The position numbers and the translations under genes were made by a program. Under the pieces are notes generated by a model. The model was given only the letters and a program-made list of their open reading frames with translations, ran no database searches and had not been told where the DNA came from. From an uncultured delta proteobacterium (GTDB taxonomy: Bacteria; Desulfobacterota; Syntrophia; Syntrophales; UBA2192), in the NCBI GenBank assembly GCA_963705165.1, contig CAVPJD010000024.1:1-64000 (forward strand): 64,000 bases of DNA, given 5' to 3'. How positions within the stretch are numbered: the first letter of the stretch is position 1; each line of letters starts with the position of its first letter. Shown here piece by piece: positions 40,624 through 50,331 of the stretch.

Positions 40624-41328
40624 TCACATGAGCGAATCGCCCTGCGAGAGCTTGAAGCGGATGGGGATCTCCACCCATGCATCCACGACGGCGCCCATGC
40701 GCCGTGCCGGTTCGAACCGCCAGGACCTCACGGCCTCGAGGGCCGAATCATCCAGCGAGGCGTAGCCGGAGGAGCGCTTGACCCGGACGGCCCCGATCCG
40801 GCCGTCGGCCCGGACCTCGGCCGCGATCAGCACGTCGCCCTCGTAGCCCCGCTGTCTCGCCGCGCCCGGGTAGGCGGGGGGCCGGTTCTCGCGGTAGCGG
40901 GGCATGGCCTCCGAGTAACCCTCCTGGGCGCTGGCGCCCGTTTGCCTCTGTCCCCGGGCCGCCTCACCCGCCGGGGAACCCCGACCCGCTGTGGCTGCGG
41001 CAACGCTCCCCTTCGCGGGTTCGACGGAGACGCTCGTTTCCATCGTCTCCCGCTTGTCGACCGCTTCGGTGATGACGGCTTTTTCCATGGCCTTCGGAAC
41101 AATGGCGGGGGCGGTTTTTGCATGAATGACCGGCTTTTTCGTGACCTCGTCGGCCTGGGCGGCCCCGTTGCCGTTCTCGGGACCCGGCATGACCGTCACC
41201 AGGGAAACCCGGACGACCCCTTCGTCGCCTGCCGTGGGGAAGCTGACAAAAGGGTTTGCCACGGCAAACAGGACAAACGCCAGGACCCCCGCGTGCAGGA
41301 TCGAGGACAGGGCAATGCCGGGCATCAT
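40624..41328 (-). CDS. tonB: Energy transducer TonB
   Basis: SSILH TM motif; PAYPGAARQRGYEG, SSGYASLD, WRFEPA; start uncertain. Confidence 0.88.
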   Translation of the reverse strand: MMPGIALSSILHAGVLAFVLFAVANPFVSFPTAGDEGVVRVSLVTVMPGPENGNGAAQADEVTKKPVIHAKTAPAIVPKAMEKAVITEAVDKRETMETSVSVEPAKGSVAAATAGRGSPAGEAARGQRQTGASAQEGYSEAMPRYRENRPPAYPGAARQRGYEGDVLIAAEVRADGRIGAVRVKRSSGYASLDDSALEAVRSWRFEPARRMGAVVDAWVEIPIRFKLSQGDSLM

Positions 41329-41493
41329 GCTCTTTCCAAAACGGCGCGGCCCGTCCGCGGGGCGCACCGCTCCCCGCGGGACCTTCTCAGCGGGACCCGG
41401 GATGGCCAGGCCGAGATCGACAGGGTAATGGCACTCTCTGCTCAGAGTCGTCACATTCATGATTCATCCATCCTTGCGGCTTCTTCCTCCGGA

Positions 41494-43545
41494 TCAGAAG
41501 TACAGCGAAACCCCTCCCCGGAAATTGATCTCCGAAGCGGGGTAATAAGACAGCTGTCCCGAGAAAGGATTCAGAAAACCAATGGGAACATAGCTCTTGT
41601 TGAACAGGTTTTCCACGCCCACGAAAGCGGTCGGCCTCGCGATGTCGGAAATCTTCCAGTCGGGCTGCCAGCGCAGGTAGAGGTTGACGATCGTGTAACT
41701 GTCGAGCTTCGTCGAGCTGTTGCCGTTGTCGGAGCCGAAGTACTGGCTTCCCACGTAACGGATTTCCGGCCGCAGCGTCAGGCTCCAGGGCATGTAGATG
41801 TCGAGGGCCCCGTTGGCCATATTCTTCGGCACGAGCGGGACGTCCTTGTCCTTGTTCACCCCATCGCGGAAGAAGGCCTCCTGGAACGTGTAGTTGGCCC
41901 AGAGCCGCGCCAGTTTCCGGAACTGCCAGTCCAGGGAGAACTCGACGCCCTGGTGACGCGTCTTGTCCAGGTTCTCGTTTCGGAACGTGACGGGGTTGTA
42001 GCTGATCTCGTCCTCCATGTCGATGAGGTAGAACGTGAGCCCCAGCTTGAGCTCCTTCATCGGGTAGAACTGTGTGCCCACTTCGTAGCTTTTGCCCGTC
42101 TCCTTTTCCAGATCCGTCAGGAAGCTGTCGAAAGGGAACGCGTAGTAGGATGCCTGCTGATCGAGCGACGGGAAGCGGTAGATCGTTGCGTACTTGCCCC
42201 ACAGCTTCGAATTCTCCCCGAAGAGGTACGTGAGCGAGCCCTCCCAGGCGGTGCCCTTGTGAACTTTCTCGCCGTCGAAGACACTGGCGCCCGTCGCGAG
42301 GTTTGTTTCGCTGCCGTTTACATCGGCCCGCTCCGTCCGCGCACCGAGGGCCAGGATGAGGTCCTTCAGGATGCTGAACTCGTCGCGCGCATACAGCCCC
42401 ATCGTCTGCCGCTTCAGTTCCGCCTCGTAGGTCCTCACCGCCTGCGAGCGGTTCGCGAAGGTGTCCTTGTCGAGCTTGTCCTGATAGAAGTCGAACCCGG
42501 CGGTGAGCTTGTTGTCGAAACCGAAAAGTTTCTTGTCGAGAATATAGCGCGGGGTGGCGCCCACCGTGTCGATGTCGATCTTCGTGAAGGACGCGAAGGA
42601 GGCATAGTTGGAGGTCACCTCCCGCCTGCCGTAGATCAGGTTGGCGTCGAGGCGTCCGTAGGAGCCCAGGATGGTCTTGACGAGGAGATTGGCGTCGAAA
42701 AAGGTCGAGCTCGCATCGTCGTCGGGGTTCTGGGCCTGCTTTCGGTTGGCGTTGTACTGGGCCTGCGTGAGGGCGCCCGGGAACTGGTTGTCGGTCTTGT
42801 TGGCCGTGATCCCCAGAGAGACGTCGAGAGCGTCGGTGGGGTTGTAGCCGATGCTGCCGCCTGCGCTTTCCGTGGTGAACTTCGAGCGGTCCCGGTACCC
42901 GCTGCTCGTGAGGACCTCGCCGTTGAGCGCATAGTAGACCTTGTCAGCCGAGCCCCGGACGCCGGCGCGGCCGTTGTAGGTGTTGTAGCTTCCGCCGATG
43001 AAGGTCGCATCGCCCTTCGGCTTTCCCTCGCCCCGCTTGGTGATGATGTTGATGGAGCCGGCGATGGCCGAATCCCCGTAGAGGACGCTGTTGGCGCCGC
43101 GTACGACCTCGATGCGCTCGATCTCCGAGAGCGGGATCTCGAGCCAGTTGGGCCCGGCAATGTCGGGACGGTTCAGGCGCCTGCCGTCGAGCATGACCAC
43201 GTGTCGAAGGTAGCCCGCCTCGGTTCCAAAGGCCCGCATGTCCACGATGGACTGGGAGGCATTGCCGCTGTAACTGGTGACGTTGAGGCCCACAAGCCCC
43301 GTCAAGACCTCGGGAACGCTCGTGGCGCCCGATTTCTGGATGTCGTCGGCGGTGATGACGGTCACGTTGGCCGGGACTTTCCGGACCTCCTGGGCATCGC
43401 GGGTGGCCGTGACGACCACCTCGCCCATCCGGTACTCGGGCCGGGCGGTCTCGGGGGCCGCCTGTGCACGAGCGGAACCCGGCACCGCCAACAGAGCGGC
43501 AAGCAAAACGAACAAAACCCATTCACTGCGCAAGAAACTCTTCAT
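41494..43545 (-). CDS. btuB: TonB-dependent receptor, probable cobalamin receptor (BtuB-like)
   Basis: VVVTATR TonB box; IERIEVVRGANSVLYG; NLFNKSY; terminal F; B12 riboswitch upstream. Confidence 0.85.
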   Translation of the reverse strand: MKSFLRSEWVLFVLLAALLAVPGSARAQAAPETARPEYRMGEVVVTATRDAQEVRKVPANVTVITADDIQKSGATSVPEVLTGLVGLNVTSYSGNASQSIVDMRAFGTEAGYLRHVVMLDGRRLNRPDIAGPNWLEIPLSEIERIEVVRGANSVLYGDSAIAGSINIITKRGEGKPKGDATFIGGSYNTYNGRAGVRGSADKVYYALNGEVLTSSGYRDRSKFTTESAGGSIGYNPTDALDVSLGITANKTDNQFPGALTQAQYNANRKQAQNPDDDASSTFFDANLLVKTILGSYGRLDANLIYGRREVTSNYASFASFTKIDIDTVGATPRYILDKKLFGFDNKLTAGFDFYQDKLDKDTFANRSQAVRTYEAELKRQTMGLYARDEFSILKDLILALGARTERADVNGSETNLATGASVFDGEKVHKGTAWEGSLTYLFGENSKLWGKYATIYRFPSLDQQASYYAFPFDSFLTDLEKETGKSYEVGTQFYPMKELKLGLTFYLIDMEDEISYNPVTFRNENLDKTRHQGVEFSLDWQFRKLARLWANYTFQEAFFRDGVNKDKDVPLVPKNMANGALDIYMPWSLTLRPEIRYVGSQYFGSDNGNSSTKLDSYTIVNLYLRWQPDWKISDIARPTAFVGVENLFNKSYVPIGFLNPFSGQLSYYPASEINFRGGVSLYF

Positions 43546-43589
43546 GGTGAATCCTCCTCCCCCCTCGGGAAATGATGTGGCTTGCGCCG

Positions 43590-43750
43590 TCGGGCAAGTA
43601 TACTGGCTTGCGGCCCCCTACTCTCCGCGCCTTCCAGGCCCCCTGTTCCGGAAGCCCGTGGCTAACGCTGCGGATTTCGTTCCGCCTACAGTTGCGGGGC
43701 AGCGCCGGACTGAGACCGGCTTCCTCCCCCAACGGCTCTTAAAAAACCGG
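43590..43750 (-). ncRNA. Cobalamin riboswitch
   Basis: Minus strand ggaagccggt..agtccggcgctgccccgcaactgt..gccacggg..ggaaggc..aagccagtatacttgcc. Confidence 0.88.
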
Positions 43751-43836
43751 TAATTCAGTAATTGAGTAAATGGTAATTAAGGAAAATGAGGGTCCCGATC
43801 TCTTCAATTACCCAATTACTTGGTTACTAATTACTC
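43749..43836. repeat. GTAATT-core repeat hairpin
   Basis: ggtaattcagtaattgagtaaatggtaatt ... aattacccaattacttggttactaattact. Confidence 0.7.
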
Positions 43837-43846
43837 CCTCACGTCC

Positions 43847-44620
43847 TCACGTGAGGGTGATTCGCGGCGATCCCGTCCGGGGATGCCGGTCCACCATGAC
43901 CTTTGTCTCGTAGGCTTTTCGGATGTGCTCTTCCGTGATTACGGCCTCGACAGGCCCGGTGGCCTCGATGCGCCCGTCCTTCAGCAGGATGATCCGGTCG
44001 CAGTAGTGGGCGGCGAGGTTGATGTCGTGAGTCACGGCGATGATCGTAAGCCCCCGGTCGCGATTGAGCGACCGGATGCGGTCGAAAAAATCCACCTGGT
44101 GCCGTATGTCGAGAAAGGCCGTGGGCTCGTCCAGGAGCATGAGCCGCGGCTCCTGGGCCAGGGCCCGGGCGATGAGCACCCTCTGGCGCTCGCCGCCGGA
44201 GAGAGATTCCATGTCCCTTGCTCCAAGGCCGAGCGTGTCCGTCATCTCCATGGCCTTGCGGGCGATGCGGTGGTCCTCGTCGCCTTCGAAGCGCCAGCGC
44301 CCGAGGTGCGGCGCCCTTCCCATGAGCACGACCTCCTCCACGGAGAAGGGAAAGGCAAGGGCCGAATACTGCGGTACGACGGCCACGGAACGTGCCAGGG
44401 CCTCTCGCCGCAACTTTCCGATTTCCGTCCCCTCGAGGAGCACCGCCCCCTCCTGGGGCGTGAGGATCCCGTCGATGACGCGCAGCAGCGTCGTCTTGCC
44501 CGAGCCGTTGGGCCCGATGATGCCGAGAAAATCCCCCTTTTCGACCTCGAAGCCGACCCCTCGGAGGACCCACTGCTCGCCGTATTTGAAGCTCACATTG
44601 TCGACGTTCAGAAGCGGCAT
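43847..44620 (-). CDS. Cobalamin/iron-chelate ABC ATPase (BtuD-like)
   Basis: GPNGSGKTT, LSGGERQR, LDEPT, HDINLA. Confidence 0.9.
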   Translation of the reverse strand: MPLLNVDNVSFKYGEQWVLRGVGFEVEKGDFLGIIGPNGSGKTTLLRVIDGILTPQEGAVLLEGTEIGKLRREALARSVAVVPQYSALAFPFSVEEVVLMGRAPHLGRWRFEGDEDHRIARKAMEMTDTLGLGARDMESLSGGERQRVLIARALAQEPRLMLLDEPTAFLDIRHQVDFFDRIRSLNRDRGLTIIAVTHDINLAAHYCDRIILLKDGRIEATGPVEAVITEEHIRKAYETKVMVDRHPRTGSPRITLT

Positions 44621-45696
44621 CGGCCGGCCTCCGTTTTCTTCAGCAGGTAGATGAAAAAGGGCGCCCCGAAGAGTGCCGTGATCACCCCCACGGGGAGCTC
44701 GCTCGGTCCGAGCACCGTGCGGGCCAGCGTGTCGGCGGCCACGAGAAAGGTCGCGCCGAAAAGAAAGCTTGCCGGCAGCAGCAGCCGGAAGTCGGAGCCG
44801 AAGATCATCCGGATGATGTGGGGCACGAGCAGCCCCACAAACCCGATAAGGCCCGAGAGCGACACGGCGGCCGCCGTGATGAAGGAGGCCGCGAAAAAGA
44901 GCACCCGCCTGGTCTTTTCGACGTCGACACCGAGCTGCAGGGCCTGCTCCTCGCCGATGACGAGCAGGTTCAGGGCCCTGGCGTGACGGTAGATCACGAT
45001 GAACCCCGCAAGGAGGGCAACGCCCCCCAAGAGGGTCTGGCTGGTGTCGGCAAGCCCCAAATCCCCCATGAGCCAGAACATGATCCCGTGCAGGCGCGTG
45101 CCCGAGGCGGTGGAGATGAGAAACATGATGGCCGCCGTGCAGAAGGCGTTCACGATGACCCCCGAGAGCAGGAGCGTGCCCGACAGGGACTCCCGCCTCT
45201 TGCCGGCCACGCCGAAGACGAGCACGATGGTGATGAGAGAGCCCAGGAAGGCAAGGACGGGGACGGCGAAGGGCAAAAAGTCCAGCCCGGCGATGATCCC
45301 GAGAACGGCCCCCACGGCGGCCCCCCCGGAGATCCCGAGGATGTAGGGGTCGGCAAGGGGGTTGCGCAGCAGCCCCTGGAATACGGCGCCCGCCGTGGAC
45401 AGGGTGGCGCCGACGATGGCGGCAAGCAGGATCCGGGGGATGCGGACGGAGAAGATGATGGTATGCTCGGGAGATGCCGCTGCACCGTCCTGCCTGAGAA
45501 GCGAAAGCAGGTCGATGCGGTGGGGGCCGGTGATTGCGGCAATGGCCGCCACGGCCAGGAATACGAAAGCGAGCAGGGCACAGACGCGGATCACCCGACG
45601 CGGGGTCACCGCCTTGCCCGTCTCGATTTTCGCTGCGACGGAAAGGACGATTGCCGGAACGGCCAGAAGAAATGTAAAAAGGAAGAACCGGGTCAC
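44608..45696 (-). CDS. FecCD/BtuC family permease
   Basis: RIPRI, QGLLRNPLADP, GFVGLLVPH, PVGVITALFGAPFF. Confidence 0.92.
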   Translation of the reverse strand: MTRFFLFTFLLAVPAIVLSVAAKIETGKAVTPRRVIRVCALLAFVFLAVAAIAAITGPHRIDLLSLLRQDGAAASPEHTIIFSVRIPRILLAAIVGATLSTAGAVFQGLLRNPLADPYILGISGGAAVGAVLGIIAGLDFLPFAVPVLAFLGSLITIVLVFGVAGKRRESLSGTLLLSGVIVNAFCTAAIMFLISTASGTRLHGIMFWLMGDLGLADTSQTLLGGVALLAGFIVIYRHARALNLLVIGEEQALQLGVDVEKTRRVLFFAASFITAAAVSLSGLIGFVGLLVPHIIRMIFGSDFRLLLPASFLFGATFLVAADTLARTVLGPSELPVGVITALFGAPFFIYLLKKTEAGRCRF

Positions 45697-45723
45697 CGCA
45701 ACCTCCCTCGAGGCTAACGGGGT

Positions 45724-45878
45724 GGACCAGTCTTCCGGCTCAGGGCGCCCTACTCTCCCGCCTTCCCATCATGGTGACCATGACAGTGGCTAATTGGGAT
45801 TTCGTTCCCATCACGGCTGCGGGGCAGCGGGGGCATTTCACCCCTCTTCCATCTGCCCACCCCTTTGGATACCAACCC
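45724..45878 (-). ncRNA. Cobalamin riboswitch (second)
   Basis: Minus strand ggaagaggggtgaaatgcccccgctgccccgcagccgtg..gccactg..gggaaggc..gagccggaagact. Confidence 0.88.
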
Positions 45879-45988
45879 ACTAACAGAGCATCGGGGCTTT
45901 GTCAAGGCCCAAGAAAAAGACGGAATTCAGGAAGACAGGAAGTCAAGAAGATCAGGTAAATTGAAGGTGTTTGGCAGCAAAACCAGCG

Positions 45989-46816
45989 CTAAAATCCGGC
46001 GGCACATTGCGCCATTTCCTCGATCCCCGCAACGGCCCGGGGGCTGAGGCGGTAGAGCCGCTCGGTGACAACGCAGACCCTCCCCTGCTTGACCGCAGGG
46101 AGCATGTGGAGCCTCTCCTTGAGGCGATCGATGCCCCCGCCGGACATGAAGCCCTGCCCTGCGAGGATGAAATCGGGCGAGCGGTGGATGATCTCCTCGA
46201 GGGAGTACTTGGGATATTGGATCTCGCCGTCGGCCGCGACGTTGCGGATGCCGAGGATGCCGAAGGCCTCGTGGATGAGCGTGCCGGGCCCGGCCACGAC
46301 GATGGGCTCGGGCTGGATGATGAAGAGGGCCGACTTCGGGGGGCGGGAACGATTTTGCCGTGCTTTTTTCTCCAGGGCCGCCATGTCCTTATCGATCCGC
46401 CCCGCAAGCGCCGAGGCCTCCTTCTCTACGCCCAGCGCAACCCCCAGCTCGCGGATGCCCCGGGGCAGCTCCTTCAGGCGCCTCGCCGAGAAGACGTGGC
46501 AGGGGATGCCGAGGTCCCTGAGGCGATTATAGATCGCCTTCGGGTTGCCGTCGTCGGTCAGGATCACGAGGTCGGGTTTTGCGCCGACGATGGCCTCGAG
46601 CGAGGGGTTCGTGAAGCCGCCCACGCGGGGCTTGGCCTTCGCGGCAGGGGGGTAGTCGCAGAAATCGGTCACTGCCACGACCCGATCCTCGAGGCCCAGG
46701 TCGTAGAGGATCTCGGTGATGTTGGGCGCAAGGGAGACGATCCTTGCCGGTCCCGCCCCGAAGGCCGGGGCTGCAAGACATAGCAGGATCACGATTACGG
46801 CAAGAGTTTGTTTCAT
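45989..46816 (-). CDS. btuF: Cobalamin-binding periplasmic protein (BtuF-like)
   Basis: RIVSLAPNITEILY, CDYP, PSLEAI, YSLEEI. Confidence 0.85.
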   Translation of the reverse strand: MKQTLAVIVILLCLAAPAFGAGPARIVSLAPNITEILYDLGLEDRVVAVTDFCDYPPAAKAKPRVGGFTNPSLEAIVGAKPDLVILTDDGNPKAIYNRLRDLGIPCHVFSARRLKELPRGIRELGVALGVEKEASALAGRIDKDMAALEKKARQNRSRPPKSALFIIQPEPIVVAGPGTLIHEAFGILGIRNVAADGEIQYPKYSLEEIIHRSPDFILAGQGFMSGGGIDRLKERLHMLPAVKQGRVCVVTERLYRLSPRAVAGIEEMAQCAAGF

Positions 46817-46950
46817 GGGAGATTGATCCTATGCCAGGCGGGCGATTTCGTCAACCCCACATGGGATAAAGTGCAGGAGCGACTGAGTCTGTGAGCATGG
46901 AAGCGCTTAAACAGGGAGGGGGCAAAAAACATGAACACGGATATGAGTGA

Positions 46951-47020
46951 AAGGCAGAACCTGACTTGTCAGGTCGGCGCCAATCAAGTCTTACCAGCTT
47001 ACCGGCTTCGCCTGCCTGCA
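46951..47020 (-). ncRNA. Candidate structured RNA (possibly sul1-motif-like)
   Basis: Outer GGCAG/CTGCC stem enclosing GCCGG-TAAG-CTGGT and GACCTGAC-AA-GTCAGGTT hairpins. Confidence 0.35.
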
Positions 47021-47192
47021 AGTACACATCCGCCGGACAATACGGATTTAATCATGATAGATAGTACCGTTCGTTGTAACGTTTTTCATGTCTTGACACC
47101 GCGGCATGACCGTCCGCGCTGTCATACGAAAGTGCACGCAAACGATATGCCCCGTTGAACGCTTACTCGGCCATCCCGACCGGTGGGATCTC

Positions 47193-48023
47193 TTACTTCA
47201 TTGACATCAGTCTCTCGATCCTTTTCTCGATCGGCGGATGGGTGCTGAACAAATTCATAATCGTGTCCGTGCTCAACGGGTTCACGATGAACATATGCGC
47301 CGTCGCCGGATTTGCATCCATCGGCTTTTTCTTTGAAGCGTCAGCGATTTTTCTCAAGGCACTGGCCAGCGCTTCGGGATGACCAGACATCTTGGCTCCG
47401 TTCTCATCCGCCAGGTACTCCCGCGATCGTGAAATAGCCATTTGGATGATCGTTGCAGCTACGGGAGCTACAATCGCCATTGCAATCATGCCAATCGTGC
47501 CTCCGGCACCATCCTGTCCACCGCCAAAGACAGCGGCCCATTTGGCCATGTTTGCCAGCATGACGACGGCGCCGGATATGGTGGCCGCCATTGTACTGAT
47601 CAGGATATCCCTGTTTTTAATGTGGGACAGCTCATGCCCGATGACTCCTTCGAGTTCGTCGCGGGTGAGCATCGCGAGAATCCCCTGCGTTACCGCCACG
47701 GCCGAGTGGTCTTCGTTTCTTCCCGTCGCAAAGGCATTCGGAGTGCTGCCGGCAAGGATGTATAGTTTCGGCATGGGAAGCTTGTCCTTCTCGGCCAGGC
47801 TCCTGACCACGGTGTAAAGGGCGGGCGCCTGGGCTTCCGACACTTCCTGAGCATTATACATTTTCAGAACGATCGAGTCGGAATACCAGTACCCGCCGAT
47901 GTTCATCAGAACAGAAATGATCACTGCGGCCAACACGCCCAATCGACCGGCAACCAAGGCCCCCAGGACCATGAGGATCCCGGATAGAGACGCCAATAGC
48001 AGGATTACTTTCAGGGTGTTCAT
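47193..48023 (-). CDS. htpX: Zinc metalloprotease HtpX
   Basis: PNAFATGR, HELSH, ISRSREYLAD, FSTHPP. Confidence 0.95.
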   Translation of the reverse strand: MNTLKVILLLASLSGILMVLGALVAGRLGVLAAVIISVLMNIGGYWYSDSIVLKMYNAQEVSEAQAPALYTVVRSLAEKDKLPMPKLYILAGSTPNAFATGRNEDHSAVAVTQGILAMLTRDELEGVIGHELSHIKNRDILISTMAATISGAVVMLANMAKWAAVFGGGQDGAGGTIGMIAMAIVAPVAATIIQMAISRSREYLADENGAKMSGHPEALASALRKIADASKKKPMDANPATAHMFIVNPLSTDTIMNLFSTHPPIEKRIERLMSMK

Positions 48024-48204
48024 GATCGGCCTCGCTCAAAACGTTTATTGCATACGCTCCCATTCCATGAATCCATGTCAGGGAAAGCAAAATATTCTGC
48101 GAAATTGCGCCGATGCAAGACGCAAGGATTACCACCGTCAGGAGCATGCAGCAATTCTGGCTCTTGTCGCTTCGCATTTGGGCACAGAGATAAGGACGGT
48201 CTCA

Positions 48205-48468
48205 TCAATGCCTTCTGGGTTCTTCGTTCTTGTTGTGAGATAGGCGTATACCGGGAGTATCGCAACCCATCGCAGCGCAGCGTAAACCCCGAATGCCCGG
48301 GCAATTGGACTTATCACTGATGGGGCCATACTCCCGCATGACGCGCTCAACGATTTTCCCCACTTTGCTTCGATCAAACCAGATCCCCCTGCATTTTGGG
48401 CAGTAATCTACCTCCATTCCATGTCGCTCGATCATCGATATGTTCACGTTGCAGACTGGACACATCAT
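48205..48468 (-). CDS. zf-TFIIB zinc-ribbon protein (divergent C-terminus)
   Basis: CPVC..ERHGMEVDYCPKCRGIWFD. Confidence 0.75.
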   Translation of the reverse strand: MMCPVCNVNISMIERHGMEVDYCPKCRGIWFDRSKVGKIVERVMREYGPISDKSNCPGIRGLRCAAMGCDTPGIRLSHNKNEEPRRH

Positions 48469-48584
48469 CATTCTGTCCTTTTTCATGGCGGCAAATACGC
48501 ATTCAAACATGGTCCGCTGCGGGGACTGATCCGGTAAGGTCTGCAACGGGTTCCATGAACGACATGACGTTGAAGGCAATGTCT

Positions 48585-48902
48585 TCAGGAAAAAAGAGGC
48601 GGAGCTTTGTTCAAATAGGGAAGGTCATGAAAAGCAAGAACAGGGAAGGAGTCCAAGTAATGCCTGGTGACTGAGAAGGCAGGATCTCTATGAGGCGGTT
48701 CGGAGTAGACCATCGCCGAGGAATCACAGAAACCCGGCTTTTTCTTGCACGCCGTATCGACGGCAGAATTCTTCGATTTGCATATTTTACAGGTGGACAG
48801 AGCAAGGGGGACGTCATTCTGATGCAACGCGATGGAAAAGCAGATCAGCGTGAAGCTGATAAGCGCAATGACGACGATTTGTTTTCTGGTGGTATCCTTC
48901 AT
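48585..48902 (-). CDS. DUF2946-like upstream ORF (TM/signal, CxxC, C-terminal NKAPP), copy L
   Basis: 105 aa; IALHQND..TCKICK..DPAFSV..NKAPPLFS; paralog of 49585-49902. Confidence 0.75.
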   Translation of the reverse strand: MKDTTRKQIVVIALISFTLICFSIALHQNDVPLALSTCKICKSKNSAVDTACKKKPGFCDSSAMVYSEPPHRDPAFSVTRHYLDSFPVLAFHDLPYLNKAPPLFS

Positions 48903-48988
48903 GGTCGTTGTCGAAAATGCAATCACGATGACAGTGCAGCTTTTGTAACATCACAGAGGAGACGGTGTCAAGTTGGTATCACTCAGTC

Positions 48989-49291
48989 CTAGACCTGCAT
49001 CCTCATGACTTCCTGATAAGCTTCCAGCACCTTATTGCGTACAGCCGTAACTGCATGGAACGATATTCCCGCCTTCTCCATTGCGATCATGGCCTCATGT
49101 ATGCTGCCGGTGCCGCCGAGCATTGCATTTGCGATTGCCTTGTCGGCATTATTCTGCAGCTGATGGACCTCACTCAGGCTCGTTTTAAGGATCGTACCGA
49201 ATGTTTTGTCGTTACTATTTACTTTATCTTTTGCATTTTCAACGACAGCGGCTTGAGGGACTGTGTTCGTTTTGATCAGAAGGTCTTTCAT
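48989..49291 (-). CDS. fliE: Flagellar hook-basal body protein FliE (orphan in this window)
   Basis: IHEAMIAMEKA..VRNKVLEAYQEVMRMQV. Confidence 0.9.
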   Translation of the reverse strand: MKDLLIKTNTVPQAAVVENAKDKVNSNDKTFGTILKTSLSEVHQLQNNADKAIANAMLGGTGSIHEAMIAMEKAGISFHAVTAVRNKVLEAYQEVMRMQV

Positions 49292-49332
49292 GACTTCTCC
49301 TCGTATAGTAGAACCGCACGAGCGTTTCTAGT

Positions 49333-49348
49333 TGCAAGCTCTATGCCC
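49333..49348 (-). promoter_or_regulatory. Sigma54 promoter of fliE
   Basis: GGGCATAGAGCTTGCA, GG-N10-GC. Confidence 0.7.
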
Positions 49349-49584
49349 TAACCTCCGGCCCCATCAAATCGGTTGCCAGGTCTGTCAGTATGGCCGTCCA
49401 CCGCGTGGGGTTGCAGATAGCATCCGCGTTGCCCGTACTGATCGGAAAATATTAACCCGGGTGTTATGAGCACTTACGAGCGCATAGGGTCATTCGGTAT
49501 CGGTGGCCCTTGACGTGGCATGCCCATTATGGTAAGCGGACGGTAAGCAGACGCAAAAACAAAGCCGATGGATCGCGCTCATAC

Positions 49585-49902
49585 ATGAAAGTATCATCAA
49601 CAAGGAATCTCATATTCATCGCAATCGTCGCATTCTTTATCAGCTCTCTGGCAATTGCCCTTCATCATCATGATATTCCGCTGCAAGGGCAGACCTGCTC
49701 GATCTGCAAGATGAAGGGCTCAGCCTCGGGCACTTATCATAAAGCGAAAATCAATATTGACCCTGCATTCTCAGTTTGTTCTCCTCTCCTTACAAATCCC
49801 TTGCAGTCGATATTGCTCTTGATTTCTATCTCTCAGGATTCTCTCCAGGAATCGCCTTACCTTCTTACAATTAAGAACAAGGCCCCTCCCATCCAGCTTT
49901 AA
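49585..49902 (+). CDS. DUF2946-like upstream ORF (TM/signal, HHH, CxxC, C-terminal NKAPP), copy R
   Basis: 105 aa; IALHHHD..TCSICK..DPAFSV..NKAPPIQL. Confidence 0.75.
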   Translation: MKVSSTRNLIFIAIVAFFISSLAIALHHHDIPLQGQTCSICKMKGSASGTYHKAKINIDPAFSVCSPLLTNPLQSILLLISISQDSLQESPYLLTIKNKAPPIQL

Positions 49903-50034
49903 ACCCATCCTTTTTACTTCGCATTCGATTACCGGTAGCTGAAACAGCCGACAGCTGTCTGAGGAAGCATTTCTCACGGGATTGGCGTTGAGGCTGAATT
50001 TTACATTGAATCCAAACCACCATGGAGGCAAGTC

Positions 50035-50310
50035 ATGAATTGTCCAGTCTGCAATGTATCTTTAGTGATGTCCGAGCGACAGGGTATCGAGATCGACTAT
50101 TGCCCGAAGTGCCGTGGCGTCTGGCTCGACAGGGGGGAGCTCGACAAGATTATCGAGCGTTCAGCTCCGACAGCGATGCCGGAGCAGCGTCCGGCACCGC
50201 CGACATCGAGGCAGGAGGAGCCCTATGACAAGCATCGCGAGAAAGACCACAAGGATCATGGAAGTTATCATCACAAGAAGAAGGGATTTCTTCAGGATTT
50301 GTTCGACTAA
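50035..50310 (+). CDS. zf-TFIIB zinc-ribbon protein
   Basis: CPVC..ERQGIEIDYCPKCRGVWLDRGELDKI..KKKGFLQDLFD; GGAGG RBS. Confidence 0.9.
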   Translation: MNCPVCNVSLVMSERQGIEIDYCPKCRGVWLDRGELDKIIERSAPTAMPEQRPAPPTSRQEEPYDKHREKDHKDHGSYHHKKKGFLQDLFD

Positions 50311-50331
50311 CGGGGAGCAGGAAGCAAACTC

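Noticed and set aside
40327..43575. 1082-aa plus-strand ORF
   Set aside because: Antisense shadow of btuB/tonB in GC-rich DNA; no recognisable motifs
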